Below, one piece after another: positions 39,157 to 47,234 of a stretch of 64,000 bases of DNA; position 1 is the first letter of the stretch, and every line of letters begins with the position of its first letter. The notes beneath the pieces are model-generated. The model made no database searches and was not told the DNA's origin. It saw only the letters and a list, made by a program, of their open reading frames with translations. The position numbers were made by a program, and so were the translations under genes. The stretch spans positions 2,003,706 to 2,067,705 of the forward strand of contig OZ244725.1 in the NCBI GenBank assembly GCA_965219305.1, given 5' to 3'. The DNA is from Pyrinomonadaceae bacterium (GTDB taxonomy: Bacteria > Acidobacteriota > Blastocatellia > Pyrinomonadales > Pyrinomonadaceae).

Positions 39157-39790
39157 TTGCCACTAGCTTCAGCTAGTGGACAAATTTAATGAATTCTCGC
39201 GGCTATAGCCGAACTTCCGAAAAAAAAATTCCTTATCGCTTTAGCCTAATTTTCTTTGTCTTTAAATTTTTCAAATCCCGCGCGTTCCAAAAATTCTTCA
39301 AACTCATCATCGAAACTTTTCGTTTTATGATGTTCTTCCTGATTGGCAATATATTTTCTGGCATTTTCCAGCATTGATTCACAAACACCAACTGCAAAAT
39401 ATTCTTCTTGCCAGCCGAATTTAGTTTTGCACAAATTGTTTTTGTTACTCCAAAATGACGATTCGCCTTTGATTAACTGCATAATTTTCTCCAAAGTCTG
39501 ATCTGTTCCCAAAGAAATCAGACAATGGACGTGATCGGTATAACCGTTTATAAAATCAATATGAATGCCTTTTTCACGCGCATTTTCCCGAATATGTTTG
39601 AAAACTTTTTGTCTGATGTCCTCTGTCAAAAAAGGAACGCGGTTCTTGGTTGACCAAACAAAATGTATCCAAACTTTGACGAATGACATAAGTTTTATAA
39701 AGGCTTAAGCCAAAAGGAAATTATTTTTCTGAAATTCGGCTAAAGCCTTTTTTTTTATTCACAATTACCACTAGCTGAAGCTAGTGGCAA
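39157..39790. mobile_element. RAYT / IS200-like Y1 transposase unit flanked by inverted REP-type hairpins
   Basis: The 25-nt sequence aattgccactagcttcagctagtgg is at 39155-39179. Its exact reverse complement is at 39768-39792. Each forms the hairpin ccactagc-NNNN-gctagtgg. A second inverted pair (ggctatagccgaa / ttcggctaaagcc) lies just inside. Confidence 0.8.
39246..39689 (-). CDS. REP-associated tyrosine transposase (IS200/IS605 TnpA-like, Y1 HUH)
   Basis: 147 aa. Has …HFVWSTKNR.PFL…, the HUH motif (DHVHCLIS), and a C-terminal region typical of Y1_Tnp. Confidence 0.85.
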   Translation of the reverse strand: MSFVKVWIHFVWSTKNRVPFLTEDIRQKVFKHIRENAREKGIHIDFINGYTDHVHCLISLGTDQTLEKIMQLIKGESSFWSNKNNLCKTKFGWQEEYFAVGVCESMLENARKYIANQEEHHKTKSFDDEFEEFLERAGFEKFKDKEN

Positions 39791-39817
39791 TTTAAAGATC
39801 TTTTTGTCCATTTAAAA

Positions 39818-40351
39818 TTAAGCATTTTCCAACGCTTCGAGCAAATTTTCGTAATCGAACGAACCGTTAAAACGAACGCCGTTGATGAAAAAACTCGGCG
39901 TTCCGTTCACGCCGCTTTCGACTCCGCTCATAAAATCCGCTTGAACTTTTTCCTCGAATTTGCCGCTTTCTAAATCTTCGGCGAATTTGTCCGCGTCAAG
40001 CCCGATTTTTTCCGCGTAAGATTTCAAACTTTCGTCGTCGAGCGCGTTTTGATTTTCAAAAAGCGCGTCGTGCATTTCCCAAAACTTTCCGTCCTGCGCG
40101 GCAATTTCCGACGCTTCCGCCGCGTGTTCGGCGTGCGGATGCGATTGCTGTAACGGAAATTTGCGAAACACGAAACGCAAATCATTGCCCATTTCCTTTT
40201 GAATTTTCTTGACGATTTCATACGCTCTGCCGCAATGCGGACATTCGTAGTCGCCGTATTCGACGAGCGTAACTCGTGCGTTTTCAGAACCTTCCGCGTG
40301 ATCGTCCGTGCCGACGGGAACTGTTAATTCAGGATTTTCATTATTTGCCAT
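39818..40351 (-). CDS. DsbA-family thioredoxin-fold protein
   Basis: 177 aa with the CPHC active site and …GTPSFFING…. Confidence 0.85.
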   Translation of the reverse strand: MANNENPELTVPVGTDDHAEGSENARVTLVEYGDYECPHCGRAYEIVKKIQKEMGNDLRFVFRKFPLQQSHPHAEHAAEASEIAAQDGKFWEMHDALFENQNALDDESLKSYAEKIGLDADKFAEDLESGKFEEKVQADFMSGVESGVNGTPSFFINGVRFNGSFDYENLLEALENA

Positions 40352-40859
40352 TTTCGTTTTCTCCGTTTTCTTCGCTCTCGATTTCCTTGAGCGTTTTCAA
40401 AATCTGATCCGCGCCCGGATTTACCCCAATCGGCGAAACGTAGCTGTAACGAATCACGCCGTCTTTATCAATGACAAACAGCGCGCGTTCGCTAAATCCG
40501 TCTTCGTCGCGGTAAACGCCGTATTTTTTCGCCACTTCGCCTTTCGGCTCGAAATCCGAAAGCAGCATCATTTTGTAGCCGCGATCTTTGCGAAACGCCT
40601 CGTGCGAAAATTCGCTGTCAACCGAAACACCGAAAAGCTCCGCATTTTGCTTTTCAAACACCGGCAAAAGCTCGTTGTAAAGCGCAAGCTGATCGCCGCA
40701 AACCGCGCTCCAATCCGCCGGATAAAACGCCAAAACGACATTTTTCCCGCGCATATTTTCCAAAGTAAACGTCGGCTCTTCATCGCCCGCCGCTTCAACC
40801 GCGCGACACGGCAAAGTAAAATTCGGTGCTTTCTCGCCCGCTTTTAATAATTCACTCAT
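40341..40859 (-). CDS. peroxiredoxin (AhpC/TSA family)
   Basis: 172 aa with FYPADWSAVC peroxidatic Cys context. Confidence 0.85.
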   Translation of the reverse strand: MSELLKAGEKAPNFTLPCRAVEAAGDEEPTFTLENMRGKNVVLAFYPADWSAVCGDQLALYNELLPVFEKQNAELFGVSVDSEFSHEAFRKDRGYKMMLLSDFEPKGEVAKKYGVYRDEDGFSERALFVIDKDGVIRYSYVSPIGVNPGADQILKTLKEIESEENGENENGK

Positions 40860-40892
40860 AATTTAATTTCCCCTTGTTAATTGTAATTTTTT

Positions 40893-41087
40893 GCCACGAA
40901 TAAACACGAAAAATTTTAAGAAGTTTTAGCCACAGATTTTCACAGATTCATACGGATAAAATACAGATAAATTCAAATAAATAACTTTAAAATCTGTCTT
41001 ATCCTGCTTCAAAAATCTGTGTTTATCTGTGTTCATCTGTGGCTAATTTTTCTTTTTTTTTCGTGCTTTTTCGTGTCTGTTCGTGGC
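40893..41087. repeat. nested palindromic element (outer CACGAA arms; inner CACAGAT element 40929-41043)
   Basis: gccacgaataaacacgaaaa … [gccacagattttcacagattcatacggat … atctgtgtttatctgtgttcatctgtggc] … ttcgtgctttttcgtgtctgttcgtggc. Confidence 0.9.
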
Positions 41088-42112
41088 TAACTTCCTTTCG
41101 CTGTCGCAACATTTTCGTTAAAAAGTTCTGCGACGATTTCATAAGAACGCAGACGTTTTTCCTGATCGAAAACCATCGCGTTAACCATAATTTCGTCCGC
41201 TTTTGATTCTTCCAGAAACGCTTCCAATTTCCGTTTGACCGTTTCCTTGCTTCCGATGATCGAACCGCCCGTGCGCGAATTTACCAGAGTTTTTTCCTGC
41301 GCGTTCCAGATCGTGTTCATATCTTCGACCGGCGGCGGGATTTTGCCCGGTCTGCCGCGCACCAGATTTAGAAAAGACTGATACTGCGAAGTCGCTAAAA
41401 ATTCGGCTTCTTCGTCGGTTTCCGCCGCGATCACATTCAAACAAACCATCGCGTGCGGCTTTTGCAAATCGTCCGAAGGCTGAAAAGTTTTCCGGTAAAG
41501 TTCCAGAGACGGCAAAGTATGTTCGGGTGAAAAATGCGCCGCGAATGCGAACGGCAAACCCAAAACTCCGGCAAGATGCGCCGAAAAACCGCTCGAACTC
41601 AAAAGCCAGATCGGAACATTCAAACCCGCGCCCGGAACCGCCTGAACCTTTTGATTTGCCACCGTTTCGCGGAAAAAGAATCGCAATTCTTCAAGCTGTT
41701 CGGGAAATTCTTCGCCGTCATTGTTCAAACTCCGACGCAACGCCAATGTCGCCGGACGATCAGTTCCGGGAGCGCGTCCCAAACCGAGATCAATTCGATT
41801 CGGATAAAGCGATTCGAGCGTCCCGAACTGCTCGGCGATCACAATCGGCGCGTGATTCGACAACATAATTCCGCCCGAACCGACGCGGATCGTCGAAGTA
41901 TTTCCCGCGACAAACCCGATCACCACCGAAGTCGCCGCGCTCGCAATGCCGACCATATTGTGATGCTCGGCAAGCCAAAATCTCTGATAACCCAAACTTT
42001 CAGCCCGCTGCGCCAAACTCAAAGTCCGCTTAAACGCATCGCTCACATTTTCGCCTTCAAAAACGGGCGATAAATCTAAAACTGAAAATGGAATTTTTGT
42101 AATATTGCTCAT
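41087..42112 (-). CDS. LLM-class (luciferase-like) flavin-dependent oxidoreductase
   Basis: The start is set at [16 protein letters not shown]…. …[12 protein letters not shown]… is typical of the YhbW-like group. The stop TAG is at the repeat terminus. Confidence 0.85.
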   Translation of the reverse strand: MSNITKIPFSVLDLSPVFEGENVSDAFKRTLSLAQRAESLGYQRFWLAEHHNMVGIASAATSVVIGFVAGNTSTIRVGSGGIMLSNHAPIVIAEQFGTLESLYPNRIDLGLGRAPGTDRPATLALRRSLNNDGEEFPEQLEELRFFFRETVANQKVQAVPGAGLNVPIWLLSSSGFSAHLAGVLGLPFAFAAHFSPEHTLPSLELYRKTFQPSDDLQKPHAMVCLNVIAAETDEEAEFLATSQYQSFLNLVRGRPGKIPPPVEDMNTIWNAQEKTLVNSRTGGSIIGSKETVKRKLEAFLEESKADEIMVNAMVFDQEKRLRSYEIVAELFNENVATAKGS

Positions 42113-42130
42113 AATTTCCCCTTGTTTTTT

Positions 42131-42472
42131 GCCACGAACAAACACGAAAGTTCACGAAAGTACAAGAAAGACTTTAAATAAAAAAGTTTTTATTCTGTTG
42201 CTTCAATTTCTGTTTCAAGAACATAAATATCGCCACCTTTATCTGAATCCAATTCAGCCAAATAAGTTATTGGTTCAAGTGAAATCAATGAAATTATACT
42301 TGCTTGATTTCCTGAGTAATCACCTTTAACAATTTGAATGCAATCGTTGTATCCGAATTTTACACCCTCGAGTTGCTCAAGTTCATACCAAAGTTTATTT
42401 GCTTCATCTAAATCCATAAATAGTAAAAAATTTCCTTATTCTTTTTGTGTCCTTTTCGTGTCTGTTCGTGGC
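42131..42472. repeat. CACGAA-family arm pair enclosing a 75-aa ORF
   Basis: The left arm is gccacgaacaaacacgaaagttcacgaaag (42131-). The right arm is gtgtccttttcgtgtctgttcgtggc (-42472). Confidence 0.8.
42190..42417 (-). CDS. hypothetical acidic 75-aa protein located inside a palindromic element
   Basis: ORF only. No motif recognised. AT-rich. Confidence 0.45.
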   Translation of the reverse strand: MDLDEANKLWYELEQLEGVKFGYNDCIQIVKGDYSGNQASIISLISLEPITYLAELDSDKGGDIYVLETEIEATE

Positions 42473-42480
42473 TAAATTCC

Positions 42481-43569
42481 TTACGCCGATTTTGCCTTTC
42501 GCAGATCAATTGCGCGCCCGTATTGTTTCGGCACATATCCCAAATCTTTACCCAATTCCTTCGCCGCCGTGAACGGAAAATACGGTTCGCGCAAAAATTC
42601 CCGCGCCATCAAAATCGCGTCGGCTTCGCCGTTTTGCAAAATTTCTTCGGCTTGTTTTGCGTCCGTAATCATTCCGACCGCGCCCGTCGGAATTTCAGCT
42701 TGTTTGCGAATTTCCGCCGCGAAAGAAACCTGATAATTCGGTGCGACGGGAATCTTCACGTCCGGCACATTTCCGCCCGTCGAAACGTCAATCAGGTCAA
42801 TTCCGATCTTTTTGAGTTCCTTGCAAAACTCGATTGACTGCGCTAAATCCCAACCCTTTTCTGTCCAATCGGTCGCCGAAATGCGAACGAAAACCGGAAG
42901 ATTTTCCGGCACGGTTTCGCGCACTTTTTTTGCAACTTCCAAAGGAAAACGCATCCGATTTTCCAGACTTCCGCCGTATTCGTCGTCGCGTTTGTTGGAA
43001 AGCGGCGATAAAAATTCGTGAAATAAATAACCGTGCGCGGCGTGAATTTCAATCACTTCAAAACCTGCATTTAACGCAAATTTCGTCGCCGCGACAAAAT
43101 CGTTTGTCGATTTTTCAATGTCGTCTTTCGACATTTCGCGCGGCAACGGATAATCGTCCGCAAACTTTTCCGCCGTCGGCGCGACCGTTTCCCAACCGCC
43201 GTTTTCGATCTCGACTTCTTTCCCACCGTTCCAAGGTTCTGCTGTTGAAGCTTTTCGTCCGGCGTGCGCGAGCTGAATTCCCGCAATTGCGCCGTATTCC
43301 TTGATAAATTTCGTGATTCTCTTATAACTTTCGGCGTGCGCGTCCGACCAAATTCCAGCGTCTGACGGAGAAATTCTGCCTTTGGGCGAAACGGCGGTCG
43401 CTTCCTGAATAATCAAACCCGCGCCGCCGACCGCGCGGCTTCCAAGATGAACGAGATGCCAATCCGTCGGCATTCCTTCCTCGCTCGAATATTGACACAT
43501 CGGCGAAACCCAAATTCGGTTGCGAAAATCGATTTCTCTTAATTTATAACTTTCAAATAATTTGCTCAT
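42481..43569 (-). CDS. Old Yellow Enzyme family NADPH dehydrogenase (YqjM/NamA-like)
   Basis: 362 aa with …SPMCQY…, …QL.HAGRK…, …FEVIEIHAAHGYL..EFLSP…. Confidence 0.9.
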   Translation of the reverse strand: MSKLFESYKLREIDFRNRIWVSPMCQYSSEEGMPTDWHLVHLGSRAVGGAGLIIQEATAVSPKGRISPSDAGIWSDAHAESYKRITKFIKEYGAIAGIQLAHAGRKASTAEPWNGGKEVEIENGGWETVAPTAEKFADDYPLPREMSKDDIEKSTNDFVAATKFALNAGFEVIEIHAAHGYLFHEFLSPLSNKRDDEYGGSLENRMRFPLEVAKKVRETVPENLPVFVRISATDWTEKGWDLAQSIEFCKELKKIGIDLIDVSTGGNVPDVKIPVAPNYQVSFAAEIRKQAEIPTGAVGMITDAKQAEEILQNGEADAILMAREFLREPYFPFTAAKELGKDLGYVPKQYGRAIDLRKAKSA

Positions 43570-43586
43570 AAATTTCCCTTGATCTT

Positions 43587-43823
43587 CTACTGATTTTTTA
43601 TTTCGCCATCATCCAAAATGGCTTCGACCGGACAACACATCATTGCTTCTCTGCACTTTTTTTCTTCTTCTGGTGTTTCAGGTTGCTTCGCAAAATATAC
43701 GCCAAAATCTTCCGTGTCAGGTTTTATATTGTCAGGCGCGTAATATATACAAGCCTCACTGCAAGTGCAGACATCATAATCAATGTAGTATTTGCCTTTT
43801 ACATTCAAAGGATGAATTTTCAT
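43587..43823 (-). CDS. small ferredoxin
   Basis: 78 aa with CTCSEAC…AP and a C-terminal CCPVEAI cluster-binding pattern. Confidence 0.65.
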   Translation of the reverse strand: MKIHPLNVKGKYYIDYDVCTCSEACIYYAPDNIKPDTEDFGVYFAKQPETPEEEKKCREAMMCCPVEAILDDGEIKNQ

Positions 43824-43827
43824 TTTT

Positions 43828-43855
43828 TTCGCGTCCTTTCGCGTTTTTCGCGGGC
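43828..43855. repeat. solo arm of the palindromic element family
   Basis: ttcgcgtcctttcgcgtttttcgcgggc. It lies next to the stop of the gene at 43864. Confidence 0.55.
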
Positions 43856-43863
43856 AAAAATTC

Positions 43864-44757
43864 TTACGTCATTTGCTTCCAATCTTCGCCGCCGACTTCG
43901 TGCCAACGTTGATGAATTGCGGCAAATTCTTCGCCCGACAAATTTCCTTCCGAAATATATTTCGCGTTTTCGCTCCAGCGTCCCGGTTTTGTCGTGCCGA
44001 CGATCATCGTGTCAATTCCAGGAATTGTCATCGTAAAACGCAACGCCGTCGCAATTGATTCTTCCAGACTTTTGCCCAAAAATTCGTATTTCAATTTCTG
44101 AATTCTGTCCCAATATTCGTGATGATAAGAATCCGACGGTTTCGCGTCGTGCCGCCAAACGGCATTTGCAATCGGACGTTTGGCAATTACGCCGACATTT
44201 TTCTCTTGCGCTGTTTTTATCACACTGTCAATCGCCGCTTGATCGGCAATCGAAACGGAAGTTTGCAAACTGTCGAAAACGTCCATTTCGAGCGCAGTTT
44301 TCGCGTCGTCGTTGTCACCTGAATAACCGATGTAACGCGTGTAGCCTTTTTCCTGCGCTCTCTGCAACGCTTCGATTGCTTCGCCGCGATTTAAGATTTC
44401 GCTGTCGCAACTGTGCAATTGCGCGATGTCGAGATAGTCGGTTTTCAAATTTCGCAAGCTGTTTTCAATTGTTTCTAAAATTCCTTTTTTCGACCAGTCG
44501 TAGCGCGTAAAACCGTCGAGCGCGCCGCATTTCGTCAGCAGATAAAATGAATTGCGCCGTTTGCCGACCGTTTCGCCGATCAATTTTTCGCTTTCCCAAT
44601 ACGCCGCCGCCGTGTCAATGACATTCAAACTGGCATCCAAAGCCGCGTTCAAAAGCTCGCCGACACTTTCGCGCGTCACCTCGCGCCCGATCTCCGCGCC
44701 GCCGAAGCCGAGAACGGAAAATTCCATATCAGTTTTGCCAAATTTTCTTTTTTCCAT
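43864..44757 (-). CDS. aldo/keto reductase
   Basis: 297 aa with the AKR N-terminus MEKRKFGKTDMEFSVLGFGG… and …DTAAAY…. Confidence 0.85.
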   Translation of the reverse strand: MEKRKFGKTDMEFSVLGFGGAEIGREVTRESVGELLNAALDASLNVIDTAAAYWESEKLIGETVGKRRNSFYLLTKCGALDGFTRYDWSKKGILETIENSLRNLKTDYLDIAQLHSCDSEILNRGEAIEALQRAQEKGYTRYIGYSGDNDDAKTALEMDVFDSLQTSVSIADQAAIDSVIKTAQEKNVGVIAKRPIANAVWRHDAKPSDSYHHEYWDRIQKLKYEFLGKSLEESIATALRFTMTIPGIDTMIVGTTKPGRWSENAKYISEGNLSGEEFAAIHQRWHEVGGEDWKQMT

Positions 44758-44766
44758 AAAATTTTT

Positions 44767-45154
44767 AACCGCAGATTTTCGCAGATGGACGCAGAGAATT
44801 TATTTAGATTTTTCTTTGCTCAATTCCTTGATGTCGTTTTCAAATTCTGCAAAATCTGCTTCGTGTTTCATGATTGCTTCTTCAATTGTCGAACAAGCTT
44901 CTGCTGACATTTCTTCAAAATTTTCGCTCGACAAACTTTCGATAAAATACATTTCTAAATTTTCTCGATAAACTTTGTCTGAATCCTCATAAATATAATC
45001 TTTTAACTGCACAAAAAACTTTCCGTCAGGCAAAATTTCAAAACACCGATAACGTGCCACAGTTCTTTCATCAACACTTTTCCAAATATTTATTTCTTTG
45101 AAAAATTTATCTGATTTCATAAAAATCTGCGTTTATCCGCGTTTATCTGCGGTT
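44767..45154. repeat. CGCAGAT-family arm pair enclosing a 106-aa ORF
   Basis: The left arm is aaccgcagattttcgcagatggacgcagag. The right arm is atctgcgtttatccgcgtttatctgcggtt. Confidence 0.8.
44800..45120 (-). CDS. hypothetical 106-aa protein located inside a palindromic element
   Basis: ORF only. The C-terminus is acidic. Confidence 0.45.
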   Translation of the reverse strand: MKSDKFFKEINIWKSVDERTVARYRCFEILPDGKFFVQLKDYIYEDSDKVYRENLEMYFIESLSSENFEEMSAEACSTIEEAIMKHEADFAEFENDIKELSKEKSK

Positions 45155-45167
45155 AATTTCCCACTTT

Positions 45168-45647
45168 TTACAAATCGAAAATAAAACAAGTCGTCGTCCC
45201 GTGTGCATAAATTTTTCCGTTTTCGTCAATCAACTTGCCTTCCGCCGAGCCGATTTGTTTTCCGACATTTACGATCTTGCCGACGGCTCTTAAAGTTCCG
45301 GTTTTCTCGAAGATCGGGCGCACGAAATTTACTTTTAGTTCGACGCTTGTCGCGGCTTTTCCCGCTTTTAAGGTCGAATGAATCGCGCACGCCATTGCCG
45401 AATCGAGCAGAGTTGCGATAAATCCGCCGTGAATCGTTCCCATCGGATTGTAAAATTTCGCGTGCGGTCTGCCTTCAAAAATGACGCTCCCGTTTTCGAC
45501 TTCCGCCAGACCGAAATCAAAAGATTCGCCGATCGGCGGCGCGGGAAATTCTCCCGTGACCATTTTGCGGAAAATCTCGATTGCGTCTTCAGTTTTCCAA
45601 ACTTCAGCCGGAATAAGTCCGAATTTTATTTTTTCTGTTGCTGTCAT
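45168..45647 (-). CDS. PaaI-family hotdog-fold thioesterase
   Basis: 159 aa with …GTIHGGFIATLLDSAM…. Confidence 0.85.
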   Translation of the reverse strand: MTATEKIKFGLIPAEVWKTEDAIEIFRKMVTGEFPAPPIGESFDFGLAEVENGSVIFEGRPHAKFYNPMGTIHGGFIATLLDSAMACAIHSTLKAGKAATSVELKVNFVRPIFEKTGTLRAVGKIVNVGKQIGSAEGKLIDENGKIYAHGTTTCFIFDL

Positions 45648-45861
45648 TAATCGTAATCAAAAAAACTCGTTAAAAAAACAGAAACCGCCGCGATTGTTTT
45701 CGGCGATTTCAAAATACGGACAAACTAATACATTCTTTCCATCTGTTTCTACTTTACTACAATCGAAACTCATTTTCTAAAATGCGGAAAATCGGGTTTG
45801 TGCGGAAATTTAGAAACTTTCCCTGTATTTTGCAAGGTTTTGTGTGGCAAAATAAAATTGT

Positions 45862-46554
45862 ATGTCGTCAATCGTTTTTCCAAATCCGCTCACGCACAAA
45901 TTCCAAGATTGGGTTTTATTCGGCGATTTTTATTATGACACGCGCGACATTATCAGTTTCGGTGGTGATTTATCGGTGAATAATTTGCAAAACGCTTATC
46001 GAATAGGAATTTTTCCGTGGCATATTGACGGTTTGCCGATGCCTTGGTTTTGCCCGGAAACTCGTGCGATTTTGGAGTTTACAGATTTGCATCTTCCAAA
46101 AAGTTTGAAAAAAATTTGGCGAAAAAACGATTTTACCTTTACGATTGATAGAGATTTTCGCGCCGTTATCGAAAGCTGCGCCGCCGTTACCCGAAAATTT
46201 GAAAGCGGTACTTGGATTACAGACGAATTTATCGAAAGCTATGACGATTTTCACAAAGCGGGCGGCGCACACAGCGTTGAAGTTTGGGATGTTTCCGGCG
46301 CACTCGTCGGCGGACTTTACGGCGTTGACGCGGGCGGGATTTTTTGCGGTGAGAGTATGTTTCATCACGTTTCAAATGCGTCGAAACTCGCTTTGCTTTT
46401 TCTGGTCGAACATCTAAAATCGCGCGGCGCGGCGTGGATTGACATTCAGGTGATGACACCGCATTTTGAAGTTCTCGGCGCGAAGGAAATCACGCGCAAA
46501 AGTTTTCTGCAAAAATTGGAAACCACGCAAAAGCAAAATCTGAAACTTTTCTAG
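45862..46554 (+). CDS. aat: leucyl/phenylalanyl-tRNA--protein transferase
   Basis: 230 aa with …AYR.GIFPW…, …GTWIT.EF…, …AHSVEVW…LVGGLYGV..GG.F.GESMFH…. The exact start is uncertain. Confidence 0.85.
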   Translation: MSSIVFPNPLTHKFQDWVLFGDFYYDTRDIISFGGDLSVNNLQNAYRIGIFPWHIDGLPMPWFCPETRAILEFTDLHLPKSLKKIWRKNDFTFTIDRDFRAVIESCAAVTRKFESGTWITDEFIESYDDFHKAGGAHSVEVWDVSGALVGGLYGVDAGGIFCGESMFHHVSNASKLALLFLVEHLKSRGAAWIDIQVMTPHFEVLGAKEITRKSFLQKLETTQKQNLKLF

Positions 46555-46560
46555 CAAAAT

Positions 46561-47025
46561 ATGGACACACAAAAAGAAATCCGCAAACATATTATCGAAC
46601 TTCTCGACGGCAAATCGGCGCATATTGATTTGCAGAAAGTTCTCAAAAAATTTCCGGTCGAACTGCGAAACGAAAAGCCGGAAAATTCGCCTCATACGCC
46701 TTGGGAACTGCTCGAACATTTAAGAATCGCGCAGTCGGACATTTTGGAATTTTCGCGTGATAAAAATCACGTTTCGCCGAAATTTCCCGACGGTTATTGG
46801 AATAAATCGCAGGCGAGCGTTGAAGATTGGCAAAATTCGTGCGGGCAGATTCTCAAAGATTTGCAGGAAATGCGCGATCTCGTCGCCGATGAAAAAACGG
46901 ATGTTCTCGCCGAAATTCCGCACGGCGACGGGCAGACGATTTTCCGCGAAGCACTTCTTATCGCCGATCACAACGCTTATCATCTCGGCGAAATTGTCTT
47001 GTTGCAGAGAATTTTGGAGAAATAA
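46561..47025 (+). CDS. DinB family protein
   Basis: 154 aa with the His triad pattern (…HLRIAQ.D…, …HNAYHLGE…). Confidence 0.8.
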   Translation: MDTQKEIRKHIIELLDGKSAHIDLQKVLKKFPVELRNEKPENSPHTPWELLEHLRIAQSDILEFSRDKNHVSPKFPDGYWNKSQASVEDWQNSCGQILKDLQEMRDLVADEKTDVLAEIPHGDGQTIFREALLIADHNAYHLGEIVLLQRILEK

Positions 47026-47030
47026 AAATT

Positions 47031-47234
47031 ATGCCGAATCGTGAAAGAAAAAATATCCGCGCCGGATTAGAAGTGGCGATCGTTCAAAAACAAGATCAGC
47101 GAACGGGAAAACAAACTGTCGGAATCGTCAAAGATTTGCTGACAAATTCAAATTTTCACCCGCACGGAATAAAAGTTCGTCTGACGGACGGGAAAGTCGG
47201 AAGAGTTCAGGAAATTTTAAGTCAAGAAAATTAA
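47031..47234 (+). CDS. YwbE family protein
   Basis: 67 aa with …QDQRTGK.T.GIVKD.LTNS..HPHGIKVRL.DG.VGRVQEI. Confidence 0.75.
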   Translation: MPNRERKNIRAGLEVAIVQKQDQRTGKQTVGIVKDLLTNSNFHPHGIKVRLTDGKVGRVQEILSQEN

